A stretch of DNA of 64,000 nt, taken from NCBI RefSeq assembly GCF_964355755.1, contig NC_092672.1, positions 17,311,237 to 17,375,236 on the forward strand. The letters run 5' to 3'. The stretch's first letter is position 1. Every line of letters starts with the position of its first letter. The stretch comes from Antedon mediterranea (taxonomy: Eukaryota; Animalia; Echinodermata). Position numbers and translations under genes: made by a program. Below, in pieces: positions 25,201 to 40,700 of the stretch. Under the pieces are notes generated by a model. It saw only the letters and a list, made by a program, of their open reading frames with translations, searched no databases and was not told the DNA's origin.

Positions 25201-28200
25201 AAAAACATCCAAGTGCTCAAAATCACATAAACCGTTTTAGACCATTTTGAGCATTTCGATAAAACTTTTCACAAAAAAACATCAAAGACCACAAAATAGC
25301 TTAATATCGTATTTAAAAACGTTTTTGACCATTTTGAGCATTTCGACAAAAAATTGTCACACAAAACAGCAAAGTGTACAGAATAGCTTCAAACCGCATT
25401 TGGAGACGTTTTAGACCTTTTTGTGATTTTCGAAAAAACTTGTTAACATAAAAACACCAAAGTGCTAAGAATAGCTTCAAATCGCATTTGGAGACATTTT
25501 AGACCATTTTGTGATTTTCGAAAAAAATTGTTAACATAAAAACACCAAAGTGCTTAGAATAGCTTCAAATCGCATTTTGAGAGGTTTTAGACCATTTTGT
25601 GATTTTCGAAAAAACTTGGTTACACAAAAACAGCAAAGTGCTTAAAATACCTTCAAATCGCATTTGGAGACATTTTAGACCATTTTGTGATTTTCGAAAA
25701 AACTTGTTAACATAAAAACACCAAAGTGCTTAGAATAGCTTCAAATCGCATTTGGAGACGTTTTAGACCAATTTGTGATTTTCGAAAAAACTTGTTAATA
25801 TAAAAACACCAAAGTGCTAAGAATATCTTCAAATCGCATTTGGAGACATTTTAGACCATTTTGTGATTTTCGAAAAAACTTGTTAACATAAAAACATCAA
25901 AGTGTACAGAATAACTTCAAATCGCATTTGGAGACATTTTAGACCATTTTGTGATTTTCGAAAAACTTGGTTACACAAAAACATCCAAGTGCTCAAAATC
26001 ACATAAACCGTTTTAGACCATTTTGGGCATTTCGATAAAACTTTTCACACAAAAACATCAAAGACCACAAAATAGCTTAATATCGTATTTAAAAACGTTT
26101 TTGACCATTTTGGGAATTTCGACAAAAAATTTTCACACAAAACAGCAAAGTGTACAGAATAGCTTCAAACCGCATTTGGAGACATTTTAGACCATTTTGT
26201 GATTTTCGAAAAAACTTGTTAATATAAAAACACCAAAGTGCTAAGAATATCTTCAAATCGCATTTGGAGACATTTTAGACCATTTTGTGATTTTTGAAAA
26301 AAACTTGTTAACATAAAAACATCAAAGTGTACAGAATAACTTCAAATCGCATTTGGAGACATTTTAGACCATTTTGTGATTTTCGAAAAACTTGGTTACA
26401 CAAAAACATCCAAGTGCTCAAAATCACATAAACCGTTTTAGACCATTTTGAGCATTTCGATAAAACTTTTCACAAAAAAACATCAAAGACCACAAAATAG
26501 CTTAATATCTTATTTAAAAACGTTTTTGACCATTTTGAGCATTTCGACAAAAAATTGTCACACAAAACAGCAAAGTGTACAGAATAGCTTCAAACCGCAT
26601 TTGGAGACGTTTTAGACCTTTTTGTGATTTTCAAAAAAACTTGTTAACATAAAAACACCAAAGTGCTAAGAATAGCTTCAAATCGCATTTGGAGACATTT
26701 TAGACCATTTTGTGATTTTCGAAAAAAATTGTTAACATAAAAACACCAAAGTGCTTAGAATAGCTTCAAATCGCATTTTGAGAGGTTTTAGACCATTTTG
26801 TGATTTTCGAAAAAACTTGGTTACACAAAAACAGCAAAGTGCTTAAAATACCTTCAAATCGCATTTGGAGACATTTTAGACCATTTTGTGATTTTCGAAA
26901 AAACTTGTTAACATAAAAACACCAAAGTGCTTAGAATAGCTTCAAATCGCATTTGGAGACGTTTTAGACCAATTTGTGATTTTCGAAAAAACTTGTTAAT
27001 ATAAAAACACCAAAGTGCTAAGAATATCTTCAAATCGCATTTGGAGACATTTTAGACCATTTTGTGATTTTCGAAAAAACTTGTTAACATAAAAACATCA
27101 AAGTGTACAGAATAACTTCAAATCGCATTTGGAGACATTTTAGACCATTTTGTGATTTTCGAAAAACTTGGTTACACAAAAACATCCAAGTGCTCAAAAT
27201 CACATAAACCGTTTTAGACCATTTTGGGCATTTCGATAAAACTTTTCACACAAAAACATCAAAGACCACAAAATAGCTTAATATCGTATTTAAAAACGTT
27301 TTTGACCATTTTGAGAATTTCGACAAAAAATTTTCACACAAAACAGCAAAGTGTACAGAATAGCTTCAAACCGCATTTGGAGACATTTTAGACCATTTTG
27401 TGATTTTCGAAAAAACTTGTTAATATAAAAACACCAAAGTGCTAAGAATATCTTCAAATCGCATTTGGAGACATTTTAGACCATTTTGTGATTTTTGAAA
27501 AAAACTTGTTAACATAAAAACATCAAAGTGTTCAGAATAACTTCAAATCGCATTTGGAGACATTTTAGACCATTTTGTGATTTTCGAAAAACTTGGTTAC
27601 ACAAAAACATCCAAGTGCTCAAAATCACATAAACCGTTTTAGACCATTTTGAGCATTTCGATAAAACTTTTCACAAAAAAACATCAAAGACCACAAAATA
27701 GCTTAATATCGTATTTAAAAACGTTTTTGACCATTTTGAGCATTTCGACAAAAAATTGTCACACAAAACAGCAAAGTGTACAGAATAGCTTCAAACCGCA
27801 TTTGGAGACGTTTTAGACCTTTTTGTGATTTTCAAAAAAACTTGTTAACATAAAAACACCAAAGTGCTAAGAATAGCTTCAAATCGCATTTGGAGACATT
27901 TTAGACCATTTTGTGATTTTCGAAAAAAATTGTTAACATAAAAACACCAAAGTGCTTAGAATAGCTTCAAATCGCATTTTGAGAGGTTTTAGACCATTTT
28001 GTGATTTTCGAAAAAACTTGGTTACACAAAAACAGCAAAGTGCTTAAAATACCTTCAAATCGCATTTGGAGACATTTTAGACCATTTTGTGATTTTCGAA
28101 AAAACTTGTTAACATAAAAACACCAAAGTGCTTAGAATAGCTTCAAATCGCATTTGGAGACGTTTTAGACCAATTTGTGATTTTCGAAAAAACTTGTTAA

Positions 28201-31200
28201 TATAAAAACACCAAAGTGCTAAGAATATCTTCAAATCGCATTTGGAGACATTGTAGACCATTTTGTGATTTTCGAAAAAACTTGTTAACATAAAAACATC
28301 AAAGTGTACAGAATAACTTCAAATCGCATTTGGAGACATTTTAGACCATTTTGTGATTTTCGAAAAACTTGGTTACACAAAAACATCCAAGTGCTCAAAA
28401 TCACATAAACCGTTTTAGACCATTTTGGGCATTTCGATAAAACTTTTCACACAAAAACATCAAAGACCACAAAATAGCTTAATATCGTATTTAAAAACGT
28501 TTTTGACCATTTTGGGAATTTCGACAAAAAATTTTCACACAAAACAGCAAAGTGTACAGAATAGCTTCAAACCGCATTTGGAGACATTTTAGACCATTTT
28601 GTGATTTTCGAAAAAACTTGTTAATATAAAAACACCAAAGTGCTAAGAATATCTTCAAATCGCATTTGGAGACATTTTAGACCATTTTGTGATTTTTGAA
28701 AAAAACTTGTTAACATAAAAACATCAAAGTGTACAGAATAACTTCAAATCGCATTTGGAGACATTTTAGACCATTTTGTGATTTTCGAAAAACTTGGTTA
28801 CACAAAAACATCCAAGTGCTCAAAATCACATAAACCGTTTTAGACCATTTTGAGCATTTCGATAAAACTTTTCACAAAAAAAACATCAAAGACCACAAAA
28901 TAGCTTAATATCGTATTTAAAAACGTTTTTGACCATTTTGAGCATTTCGACAAAAAATTGTCACACAAAACAGCAAAGTGTACAGAATAGCTTCAAACCG
29001 CATTTGGAGACGTTTTAGACCTTTTTGTGATTTTCAAAAAAACTTGTTAACATAAAAACACCAAAGTGCTAAGAATAGCTTCAAATCGCATTTGGAGACA
29101 TTTTAGACGATTTTGTGATTTTCGAAAAAAATTGTTAACATAAAAACACCAAAGTGCTTAGAATAGCTTCAAATCGCATTTTGAGAGGTTTTAGACCATT
29201 TTGTGATTTTCGAAAAACTTGGTTACACAAAAACAGCAAAGTGCTTAAAATACCTTCAAATCGCATTTGGAGACATTTTAGACCATTTTGTGATTTTCGA
29301 AAAAACTTGTTAACATAAAAACACCAAAGTGCTTAGAATAGCTTCAAATCGCATTTGGAGACGTTTTAGACCAATTTGTGATTTTCGAAAAAACTTGTTA
29401 ATATAAAAACACCAAAGTGCTAAGAATATCTTCAAATCGCATTTGGAGACATTTTAGACCATTTTGTGATTTTCGAAAAAACTTGTTAACATAAAAACAT
29501 CAAAGTGTACAGAATAACTTCAAATCGCATTTGGAGACATTTTAGACCATTTTGTGATTTTCGAAAAACTTGGTTACACAAAAACATCCAAGTGCTCAAA
29601 ATCACATAAACCGTTTTAGACCATTTTGGGCATTTCGATAAAACTTTTCACACAAAAACATCAAAGACCACAAAATAGCTTAATATCGTATTTAAAAACG
29701 TTTTTGACCATTTTGAGAATTTCGACAAAAAATTTTCACACAAAACAGCAAAGTGTACAGAATAGCTTCAAACCGCATTTGGAGACATTTTAGACCATTT
29801 TGTGATTTTCGAAAAAACTTGTTAACATAAAAACACCAAAGTGCTTAGAATAGCTTCAAATCGCATTTGGAGACGTTTTAGACCATTTTGTGATTTTCGA
29901 AAAAACTTGTTAACATAAAAACACCAAAGTGTACAGAATAGCTTCAAATCGCATTTGGAGACGTTTTAGACCATTTTGTGATTTTCGAAAAAACTTGTTT
30001 ACACAAAAACATCAAAGTGCTTAAAATCACATTAGAAACCGTTTTAGACCATTTTGAGCATTTCGATAAAACTTTTCACACAAAAACATCAAAGAGCACA
30101 AAATAGCTTAATATCGTATTTAAAAACGCTTTTGACCATTTTGAGCATTTCGACAAACATTTTTCACACAAAACAGCAAAGTGTACAGAATAGCTTCAAA
30201 TCGTATTTGGAGACGTTTTAGACCTTTTTGTGATTTTCGAAAAAACTTGTTAATATAAAAACACCAAAGTGCTAAGAATATCTTCAAATCGCATTTGGAG
30301 ACATTTTAGACCATTTTGTGATTTTCGAAAAAACTTGTTATCATAAAAACATCAAAGTGTACAGAATAACTTCAAATCACATTTAGAGACATTTTAGACC
30401 ATTTTGTGATTTTCGAAAAACTTGGTTACACAAAAACATCCAAGTGCTCAAAATCACATAAACCGTTTTAGACCATTTTGAGCATTTCGATAAAACTTTT
30501 CACAAAAAAACATCAAAGACCACAAAATAGCTTAATATCGTATTTAAAAACGTTTTTGACCATTTTGAGCATTTCGACAAAAAATTGTCACACAAAACAG
30601 CAAAGGGTACAGAATAGCTTCAAACCGCATTTGGAGACGTTTTAGACCTTTTTGTGATTTTCGAAAAAACTTGTTAACATAAAAACACCAAAGTGCTAAG
30701 AAAAGCTTCAAATCGCATTTGGAGACATTTTAGACCATTTTGTGATTTTCGAAAAAACTTGTTAACATAAAAACACCAAAGTGCTTAGAATAGCTTCAAA
30801 TCGCATTTTGAGAGGTTTTAGACCATTTTGTGATTTTCGAAAAAACTTGGTTACACAAAAACAGCAAAGTGCTTAAAATACCTTCAAATCGCATTTGGAG
30901 ACATTTTAGACCATTTTGTGATTTTCGAAAAAACTTGTTAACATAAAAACACCAAAGTGCTTAGAATAGCTTCAAATCGCATTTGGAGACGTTTTAGACC
31001 AATTTGTGATTTTCGAAAAAACTTGTTAATATAAAAACACCAAAGTGCTAAGAATATCTTTAAATCGCATTTGGAGACATTTTAGACCATTTTGTGATTT
31101 TCGAAAAAACTTGTTAACATAAAAACATCAAAGTGTACAGAATAACTTCAAATCGCATTTGGAGACATTTTAGACCATTTTGTGATTTTCGAAAAACTTG

Positions 31201-32415
31201 GTTACACAAAAACATCCAAGTGCTCAAAATCACATAAACCGTTTTAGACCATTTTGGGCATTTCGATAAAAGTTTTCACACAAAAACATCAAAGACCACA
31301 AAATAGCTTAATATCGTATTTAAAAACGTTTTTGACCATTTTGAGAATTTCAACAAAAAATTTTCACACAAAACAGCAAAGTGTACAGAATAGCTTCAAA
31401 CCGCATTTGGAGACATTTTAGACCATTTTGTGATTTTCGAAAAAACTTGTTAACATAAAAACACCAAAGTGCTTAGAATAGCTTCAAATCGCATTTGGAG
31501 ACGTTTTAGACCATTTTGTGATTTTCGAAAAAACTTGTTAACATAAAAACACCAAAGTGTACAGAATAGCTTCAAATCGCATCTGGAGACGTTTTAGACC
31601 ATTTTGTGATTTTCGAAAAAACTTGGTTACACAAAAACATCAAAGTGCTTAAAATCACATTAGAAACCGTTTTAGACCATTTTGAGCATTTCGATAAAAC
31701 TTTTCACACAAAAACATCAAAGAGCACAAAATTAGCTTAATATCGTATTTAAAAACGCTTTTGACCATTTTGAGCATTTCAACAAACATTTTTCACACAA
31801 AACAGCAAAGTGTACAGAATAGCTTCAAATCGTATTTGGAGACGTTTTAGACCTTTTTGTGATTTTCGAAAAAAACTTGTTAATATAAAAACACCAAAGT
31901 GCTAAGAATATCTTCAAATCGCATTTGGAGACATTTTAGACCATTTTGTGATTTTTGAAAAAACTTGTTAACATAAAAACATCAAAGTGTACAGAATAAC
32001 TTCAAATCGCATTTGGAGACATTTTAGACCATTTTGTGATTTTCGAAAAACTTGGTTACACAAAAACATCCAAGTGCTCAAAATCACATAAACCGTTTTA
32101 GACCATTTTGAGCATTTCGATAAATCTTTTCACACAAAAACATCAAAGACCACAAAATAGCTTAATATCGTATTTAAAAACGTTTTTGACCATTTTGAGC
32201 ATTTCGACAAAAAATTGTCACACAAAACAGCAAAGTGTACAGAATAGCTTCAAACCGCATTTGGAGACGTTTTAGACCTTTTTGTGATTTTCGAAAAAAC
32301 TTGTTAACATAAAAACACCAAAGTGCTAAGAATAGCTTCAAATCGCATTTGGAGACATTTTAGACCATTTTGTGATTTTCGAAAAAACTTGTTAACATAA
32401 AAACACCAAAGTGCT
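22299..32415 (+). repeat. 88-bp satellite, segment 2 (homogeneous, with higher-order repeats)
   Basis: 780-bp period (23221, 24001, 24781) and 1201-bp period (25201, 26402, 27603, 28804). Confidence 0.97.
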
Positions 32416-34716
32416 CACACTCAATTCACCAGGGACAAAAAGTAGTGAGCCCTCTATCGGCAGCGAATCGTTTTTGCACACGAGACAGCGTTGACAATTA
32501 CCCGGAAGCAACTTTGTTTTGAAAAGTAAATCTTAGGTTTTTGCAAACTGGCCAATTGGAACTTTTGGTTTTATTTACTAATGAATAATTCATGAAAACC
32601 TTTGACAAGGCATCTACGAACCACGTGATATTGTTTTTTAATCGACGAACCCATTATATTTTTATGAAACAAGGGTGAATTACACCGATGTTTTTTAAAC
32701 AATTTTAGGCTATTCGAATGTTAAAATTTCGTCTAATTTGTTGAGGCTGTAATAAAACAACGCAATTTTTTGAGAAGGTGGGTTTTATAGTTTCTGAATA
32801 TTTGATTTTTCAATAGTAGTTAATAAAAAAATCTCGTTGGGGTTATTTTTTATTTTTTTTTAATGGCTGCTTAAACATGTGCCCTCTTGGGTATTTCACT
32901 ATCGAAAATGGAACACATGGTTGTAGCTAAAATCATTTTTTACGCCATAAGATAAAAAATGTGGTTTTGTAAATTAATAAGGGCAACATATAATATATAG
33001 GAAAGCTGTTTTAAATCATAAAACTCTACAAAGCCTCTTTGTTTTATTTATAAATCAATATAGTCTAGGCCTAGTAGTACAGTAGGAGAGCCAGGCTTTA
33101 GCCTATAATAGTGGGGTAGTGCGTGCATTATTGGCGCGTGTTCATTGTCAGGCGCGCGTTGTTTATAGGCCTAAGAAAATAAGAATAAATATACAAATAT
33201 AATTAAATAATGATTATTATTAATTGAATGTTGTTGTTTTTTTACAGACCACAGAGGATTGTTCTACATACTTCAATACAAATAGCATTAAATCAACAAC
33301 AATTTCTTATGAGTCATATTAATTTACTTCTGGCATATAATGTGAAAAAGCACTATTAATACTGTAATTATGGATATCTATAGATGTATTGCCAAAAAGA
33401 CATTTATTTTGTAAAAACTTTAACTTATCCTAATTTACTTATTTAAAGGTTCAAGTGGCAGTTGGTTGTTGTGCAGTAGTTTAATAAAGTTTAAATGTAC
33501 ATTTCAAATTGGCAAATAAAAAATGGTAATAGGCCTACTACAGTAATAGTAAATCTTTTGAAGATTAGGCTTAGTACAAATGTTAGCTAAGTTGATGTAG
33601 AAAACTTGTCTGATTTTTAAGGTGAAATTTGTGATAATATTAAAAGTTAAAATGTTAATTGGTGTGTATTTGTATTTCATTTATTGCTCCATTATTATAA
33701 TAAAAAGCAGGGAACTGCGAAATTTAATTTTAGCTCCGATAAAAAGTAAACATTTTCAGCATATACTTAAATCAATCATATGTTAGTGACAGGTGACATT
33801 AACAGATTTATTATGAGATTACTAGTAAGCCTACTAGTAGATTTAGCTCTATTCATAAAAATATGACATTATATACTGTACATTAATTAATTAGCCTAGG
33901 CCTATAACTAATTGACTGATTTTTCAGTATTTTACCAAGTCAGCCGTTCAGGAATGCAGACAGTCCCCACTTCACACTAATCTTCATAATTTTAAGAAAA
34001 ATGAAAGTTGAGCACTTTATTTTAAAACTTATAAGCCCATATTATAAGATTCTGCATCATCCACCTAACAAGAACTAAAATTGAGAGCACAGTGATGGAG
34101 CGCATCTTCCGTCGTTCTCGTCGCCTAAGGAAACGAGTATTCCAGCCCTGCCGCGTCTTCCTAGGCCAACGCGCACCGCACTTTCGCTCAAAATACACTA
34201 TCTTCAACTCCTTATAGAATTTGTTTGAAAAATAACCCCAAGCTTATATTTGGAAATCTTTGAAAATGCATATAAGACTATATTATAGCGTTTTCAGAAT
34301 TTCATTTAAAAATTGCAAATTAATGTTAGCTATTTTAACAAATTAGTTAGTTTTCACTTTTTTGTTTTCGCCGTATGACTCGCTTTGTTTACGTTTACAC
34401 TTGGCTTAGACGTTTATCTTAGAATTCGAATAAATTAATCCATAATCAACTAAAATTGCTATTGTTGTGGTTTTTGTTTAATATAAATGTTCTTTATAAA
34501 CAGAAATAAATCAAACAACAATATAATTTAATATAAACCCGTTAAAAGGGAAATTTAGACAGCCTATAAAACACGGAAGTCAGAACTCGCGTCGCTCGAA
34601 ATGCTCGGTAACTTTCTATTTATAGCCAATCGAAAAAGGCTCCGGCTAACTTAAACAATGAAAACAGCTCTCGGAACACTTAATGTCCAATTTTCGCTGT
34701 TTGACGTGGATGTGTG
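32416..34716. mobile_element. Non-autonomous DNA transposon with CACAC..GTGTG ends (CMC/EnSpm- or Transib-like)
   Basis: Clean 2301-bp interruption of one satellite monomer; CT duplicated at 32414-15 and 34717-18; short imperfect TIRs; no transposase ORF. Confidence 0.78.
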
Positions 34717-37700
34717 CTTAGAATAGCTTCAAATCGCATTTTGAGAGGTTTTAGACCATTTTGTGATTTTCGAAAAAACTTGGTTACACAAAAACAGCAA
34801 AGTGCTTAAAATACCTTCAAATCGCATTTGGAGACATTTTAGACCATTTTGTGATTTTCGAAAAAACTTGTTAACATAAAAACACCAAAGTGCTTAGAAT
34901 AGCTTCAAATCGCATTTGGAGACGTTTTAGACCAATTTGTGATTTTCGAAAAAACTTGTTCACATAAAAACACCAAAGTGCTTAGAATAGCTTCAAATCG
35001 CATTTGGAGACGTTTTAGACCATTTTGTTATTTTCGAAAAAACTTGGTTACACAAAAACATCAAAGTGCTTAAAATCACATTAGAAACCATTTTGAGCAT
35101 TTCGATAAAACTTTTCACACAAAAACATCAAAGTGCACAAAATAGCTTAATATCGTATTTAAAAACGTTTTTGACCATTTTGAGCATTTCGACAAAAAAT
35201 ATTCACACAAAACAGCAAAGTGTACAGAATAACTTCCATTTTGTGATTTTCGAAAAACTTTTTAACATAAAAACATCAAAGTGTACAGAGTAGCTTCAAA
35301 TCGCATTTGTAGACCTTTATGACCTTTTTGTGATTTACGAAAAAACTTGTTAACATTAAAACACCAAAGTGCTTAGAATAGCTTCAAATCGCATTTTGAG
35401 ACGTTTTAGACCATTTTCTGATTTTCGAAAAAACTTGTTACATAAAATCATCAAAGTGCTAAGAATAGCTTCAAATCGCATTTGGAGACGTTTTAGAACA
35501 TTTTGTGATTTTCGAAAAAAAACTTGTTATTACATAAAAACATCAAAGTGTACAGAATAGCTTCAAATCGCATTTGGAGACATTTTAGACCATTTTGTGA
35601 TTTTCGAAAAAACTTGTTATCATAAAAACATCAAAGTATACAGAATAACTTCAAATCACATTTGGAGACATTTTAGACCATTTGTGATTTTCGAAAAACT
35701 TGGTTACAAAAAAACATCCAAGTGCTCAAAATTACATAAACCGTTTTAGACCATTTTGAGCATTTCGATAAAACTTTTCACACAAAAACATCAAAGAGCA
35801 CAAAATAGCTTAATATCGTATTTAAAAACGTTTTTGACCATTTTGAGCATTTCGACAAACATTTTCCACACAAAACAGCAAAGTGTACAGAATAGCTTCA
35901 AATCGTATTTGGAGACGTTTTAGACCTTTTTGTGATTTTCGAAAAAACTTGTTAATATAAAAACACCAAAGTGCTAAGAATAGCTTCAAATCGCATTTGG
36001 AGACGTTTTAGACCATTTTGTGATTTTCGAAAAAACTTGTTAACATAAAAACACCAAAGTGTACAGAATAGCTTCAAATCGCATTTGGAGACGGTTTAGA
36101 CCATTTTGTGATTTTCGAAAAAACTTGTTAACATAAAAACATCAAAGTGTACAGAATAGCTTCAAATTGCATTTGGAGACATTTTAGACCATTTTGTGAA
36201 TTTCGAAAAAACTTGGTTACACAAAAACATCAAAGTGCTTAAAATAGCTTCAAATCGCATTTGGAGACATTTTAGACCATTTTGTGGTTTTCGAAAAAAA
36301 TTATTAACATAAAAACACCAAAGTGCTTAGAATAGCTTCAAATCGCATTTGGAGAGGTTTTAGACCAATTTGTGATTTTCGAAAAAACTTGTTCACATAA
36401 AAACACCAAAGTGCTTAGAATAGCTTCAAATCGCATTTGGAGACGTTTTAGACCATTTTGTGATTTTCGAAAAAACTTGGTTACACAAAAACATCAAAGT
36501 GCTTAAAATCACATTAGAAACCGTTTTAGACCATTTTGAGCATTTCGATAAAACTTTTCACACAAAAACATCAAAGAGCACAAAATAGCTTAATATCGTA
36601 TTTAAAAACGGTTTTGACCATTTTGAGCATTTCAACAAACATTTTTCACACAAAACAGAAAAGTGTACAGAATAGCTTCAAATCGTATTTGGAGACGTTT
36701 TAGACCTTTTTGTGATTTTCGAAAAAACTTGTTAATATAAAAACACCAAAGTGCTAAGAATATCTTCAAATCGCATTTGGAGACATTTTAGACCATTTTG
36801 TGATTTTTGAAAAAACTTGTTAACATAAAAACATCAAAGTGTACAGAATAACTTCAAATCGCATTTGGAGACATTTTAGACCATTTTGTGATTTTCGAAA
36901 AACTTGGTTACACAAAAACATCCAAGTGCTCAAAATCACATTAACCGTTTTAGACCATTTTGAGCATTTCGATAAAACTTTTCACAAAAAAACATCAAAG
37001 ACCACAAAATAGCTTAATATCGTATTTAAAAACGTTTTTGACCATTTTGAGCATTTCGACAAACATTTTCCACACAAAACAGCAAAGTGTACAGAATAGC
37101 TTCAAATCGTATTTGGAGACGTTTTAGACCTTTTTGTGATTTTCGAAAAAACTTGTTAATATAAAAACACCAAAGTGCTAAGAATAGCTTCAAATCGCAT
37201 TTGGAGACGTTTTAGACCATTTTGTGATTTTCGAAAAAACTTGTTAACATAAAAACACCAAAGTGTACAGAATAGCTTCAAATCGCATTTGGAGACGGTT
37301 TAGACCATTTTGTGATTTTCGAAAAAACTTGTTAACATAAAAACATCAAAGTGTACAGAATAGCTTCAAATTGCATTTGGAGACATTTTAGACCATTTTG
37401 TGAATTTCGAAAAAACTTGGTTACACAAAAACATCAAAGTGCTTAAAATCACATTAGAAACCGTTTTAGACGATTTTGAGCATTTCGATAAAACTTTTCA
37501 CACAAAAACATCAAAGAGCACAAAATAGCTTAATATCGTATTTAAAAACGCTTTTGACCATTTTGAGCATTTCAACAAACATTTTTCACACAAAACAGCA
37601 AAGTGTACAGAATAGCTTCAAATCGTATTTGGAGACGTTTTAGACCTTTTTGTGATTTTCGAAAAAACTTGTTAATATAAAAACACCAAAGTGCTAAGAA

Positions 37701-40700
37701 TATCTTCAAATCGCATTTGGAGACATTTTAGACCATTTTGTGATTTTTGAAAAAACTTGTTAACATAAAAACATCAAAGTGTACAGAATAACTTCAAATC
37801 GCATTTGGAGACATTTTAGACCATTTTGTGATTTTCGAAAAACTTGGTTACACAAAAACATCCAAGTGCTCAAAATCACATAAACCGTTTTAGACCATTT
37901 TGAGCATTTCGATAAAACTTTTCACAAAAAAACATCAAAGACCACAAAATAGCTTAATATCGTATTTAAAAACGTTTTTGACCATTTTGAGCATTTCGAC
38001 AAAAAATTGTCACACAAAACAGCAAAGTGTACAGAATAGCTTCAAACCGCATTTGGAGACGTTTTAGACCTTTTTGTGATTTTCGAAAAAACTTGTTAAC
38101 ATAAAAACACCAAAGTGCTAAGAATAGCTTCAAATCGCATTTGGAGACATTTTAGACCATTTTGTGATTTTCGAAAAAACTTGTTAACATAAAAACACCA
38201 AAGTGCTTAGAATAGCTTCAAATCGCATTTTGAGAGGTTTTAGACCATTTTGTGATTTTCGAAAAAACTTGGTTACACAAAAACAGCAAAGTGCTTAAAA
38301 TACCTTCAAATCGCATTTGGAGACATTTTAGACGATTTTGTGATTTTCGAAAAAACTTGTTAACATAAAAACACCAAAGTGCTTAGAATAGCTTCAAATC
38401 ACATTTGGAGACGTTTTAGACCAATTTGTGATTTTCGAAAAAACTTGTTAACATAAAAACACCAAAGTGCTTAGAATAGCTTCAAATCGCATTTGGAGAC
38501 GTTTTAGACCATTTTGTTATTTTCGAAAAAACTTGGTTACACAAAAACATCAAAGTGCTTAAAATCACATTAGAAACCATTTTGAGCATTTCGATAAAAC
38601 TTTTCACACAAAAACATCAAAGTGCACAAAATAGCTTAATATCGTATTTAAAAACGTTTTTGACCATTTTGAGCATTTCGACAAAAAATATTCACACAAA
38701 ACAGCAAAGTGTACAGAATAACTTCCATTTTGTGATTTTCGAAAAACTTTTTAACATAAAAACATCAAAGTGTACAGAGTAGCTTCAAATCGCATTTGTA
38801 GACCTTTATGACCTTTTTGTGATTTACGAAAAAACTTGTTAACATTAAAACACCAAAGTGCTTAGAATAGCTTCAAATCGCATTTTGAGACGTTTTAGAC
38901 CATTTTCTGATTTTCGAAAAAACTTGTTACATAAAATCATCAAAGTGCTAAGAATAGCTTCAAATCGCATTTGGAGACGTTTTAGAACATTTTGTGATTT
39001 TCGAAAAAAAACTTGTTATTACATAAAAACATCAAAGTGTACAGAATAGCTTCAAATCGCATTTGGAGACGTTTTAGACCATTTTGTGATTTTCGAAAAA
39101 ACTTGTTACCATAAAAACAACAAAGTGCTTAGAATAGCTTCAAATCGCATTTGGAGACGTTTTAGACCATTTTGTGATTTTCGAAAAAACTTGTTAACAT
39201 AAAAACATCAAAGTGCTTAAAATCACATTATAAACCGTTTTAGACCATTTTGAGCATTTCGATAAAACTTTTCACACAAAAACATCAAAGAGCACAAAAT
39301 AGCTTAATATCGTATTTAAAAACGTTTTTGACCATTTTGAGCATTTCGACAAAAATTTTGCACACAAAACAGCAAAGTGTACAGAATAACTTCAAATCGC
39401 ATTTGGAGACGTTTTAGACCATTTTGTGATTTTCGAAAAAACTTGTTAACATAAAACACCAAAGTCCTTAGAATAGCTTCAAATCGCATTTGGAGACGTT
39501 TTAGACCATTTTGTGATTTTCTAAAAAACTTGTTAACATAAAAACATCAAAGTGCTTAGAATAGCTTCAAATCGCATTTTGAGACATTTTAGACCCTTTT
39601 GTGATTTTCGAAAAAACTTGGTAACACAAAAACACCGAAGTGCTTAAAATACATTCAAATCGCATTTGCATACATTTTAGACCATTTTGTGATTTTCGAA
39701 AAAACTTGTTAACATAAAAACACCAAAGTGCTTAGAATAGCTTCAAATCGCATTTGGAGACGTTTTAGACCAATTTGTGATTTTCGAAAAAACTTGGTTA
39801 CACAAAAACATAAAAGTGCTTAAAATCACAACCGTTTTAAACCATTTTGCTCATTTCGATAAAACTTTTCGCACAAAAACAAACATCAAAGAGCACAAAA
39901 TAGCTTAATATCGTATTTAAAAACGTTTTAGACCATTTTGAGAATTCGACACAAATTTTTCACACAAAACATCAAAGTGTACAGAAAAGCTTCAAATCGC
40001 ATTTGGAGACGTTTTAGACCATTTTGTGATTTTCGAAAAACTTGTTAACATAAAAACATCAAAGTGTACAGAATAGCTTCAAATCGCATTTGGAGACGTT
40101 TTTGACCTTTTTGTGATTTTCGAAAAAACTTGTTAACATTAAAACACCAAAGTGTACAGAAAAGCTTCAAATCGCATTTGGAGACGTTTTAGACCATTTT
40201 GTGATTTTCGAAAAAACTTGTTAACATAAAAACACCAAATGCTTAGAATAGCTTCAAATCGCATTTTGAGAGGTTTTAGACCATTTTGTGATTTTCGAAA
40301 AAACTTGGTTACACAAAAACACCAAAGTGCTTAAAATACCTTTAAATCGCATTTGGAGACATTTTAGACCATTTTGTGATTTTCGAAAAAACTTGTTCAC
40401 ATAAAAACACCAAAGTGCTTAGAATAGCTTCAAATCGCATTTGGAGACGTTTTAGACCATTTTGTTATTTTCGAAAAAACTTTGCTAACATAAAAACATC
40501 AAAGTGCTTAAAATCACATTAGAAACCATTTTGAGCATTTCGATAAAACTGTACACACAAAAACATTAAAGATCACAAAATAGCTTAATATCGTATTTAA
40601 AACGTTTTTGACCATTTTGAGCATTTCGACAAAAAATGGTCACACAAAACAGCAAAGTGTACAGAATAACTTCCATTTTGTGATTTTTGAAAAACTTTTT

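Noticed and set aside
34022-34207. Arg-rich ORF inside the CACAC element
   Set aside because: TTG start and no transposase, RAG or zinc-finger motif in the frames I translated.
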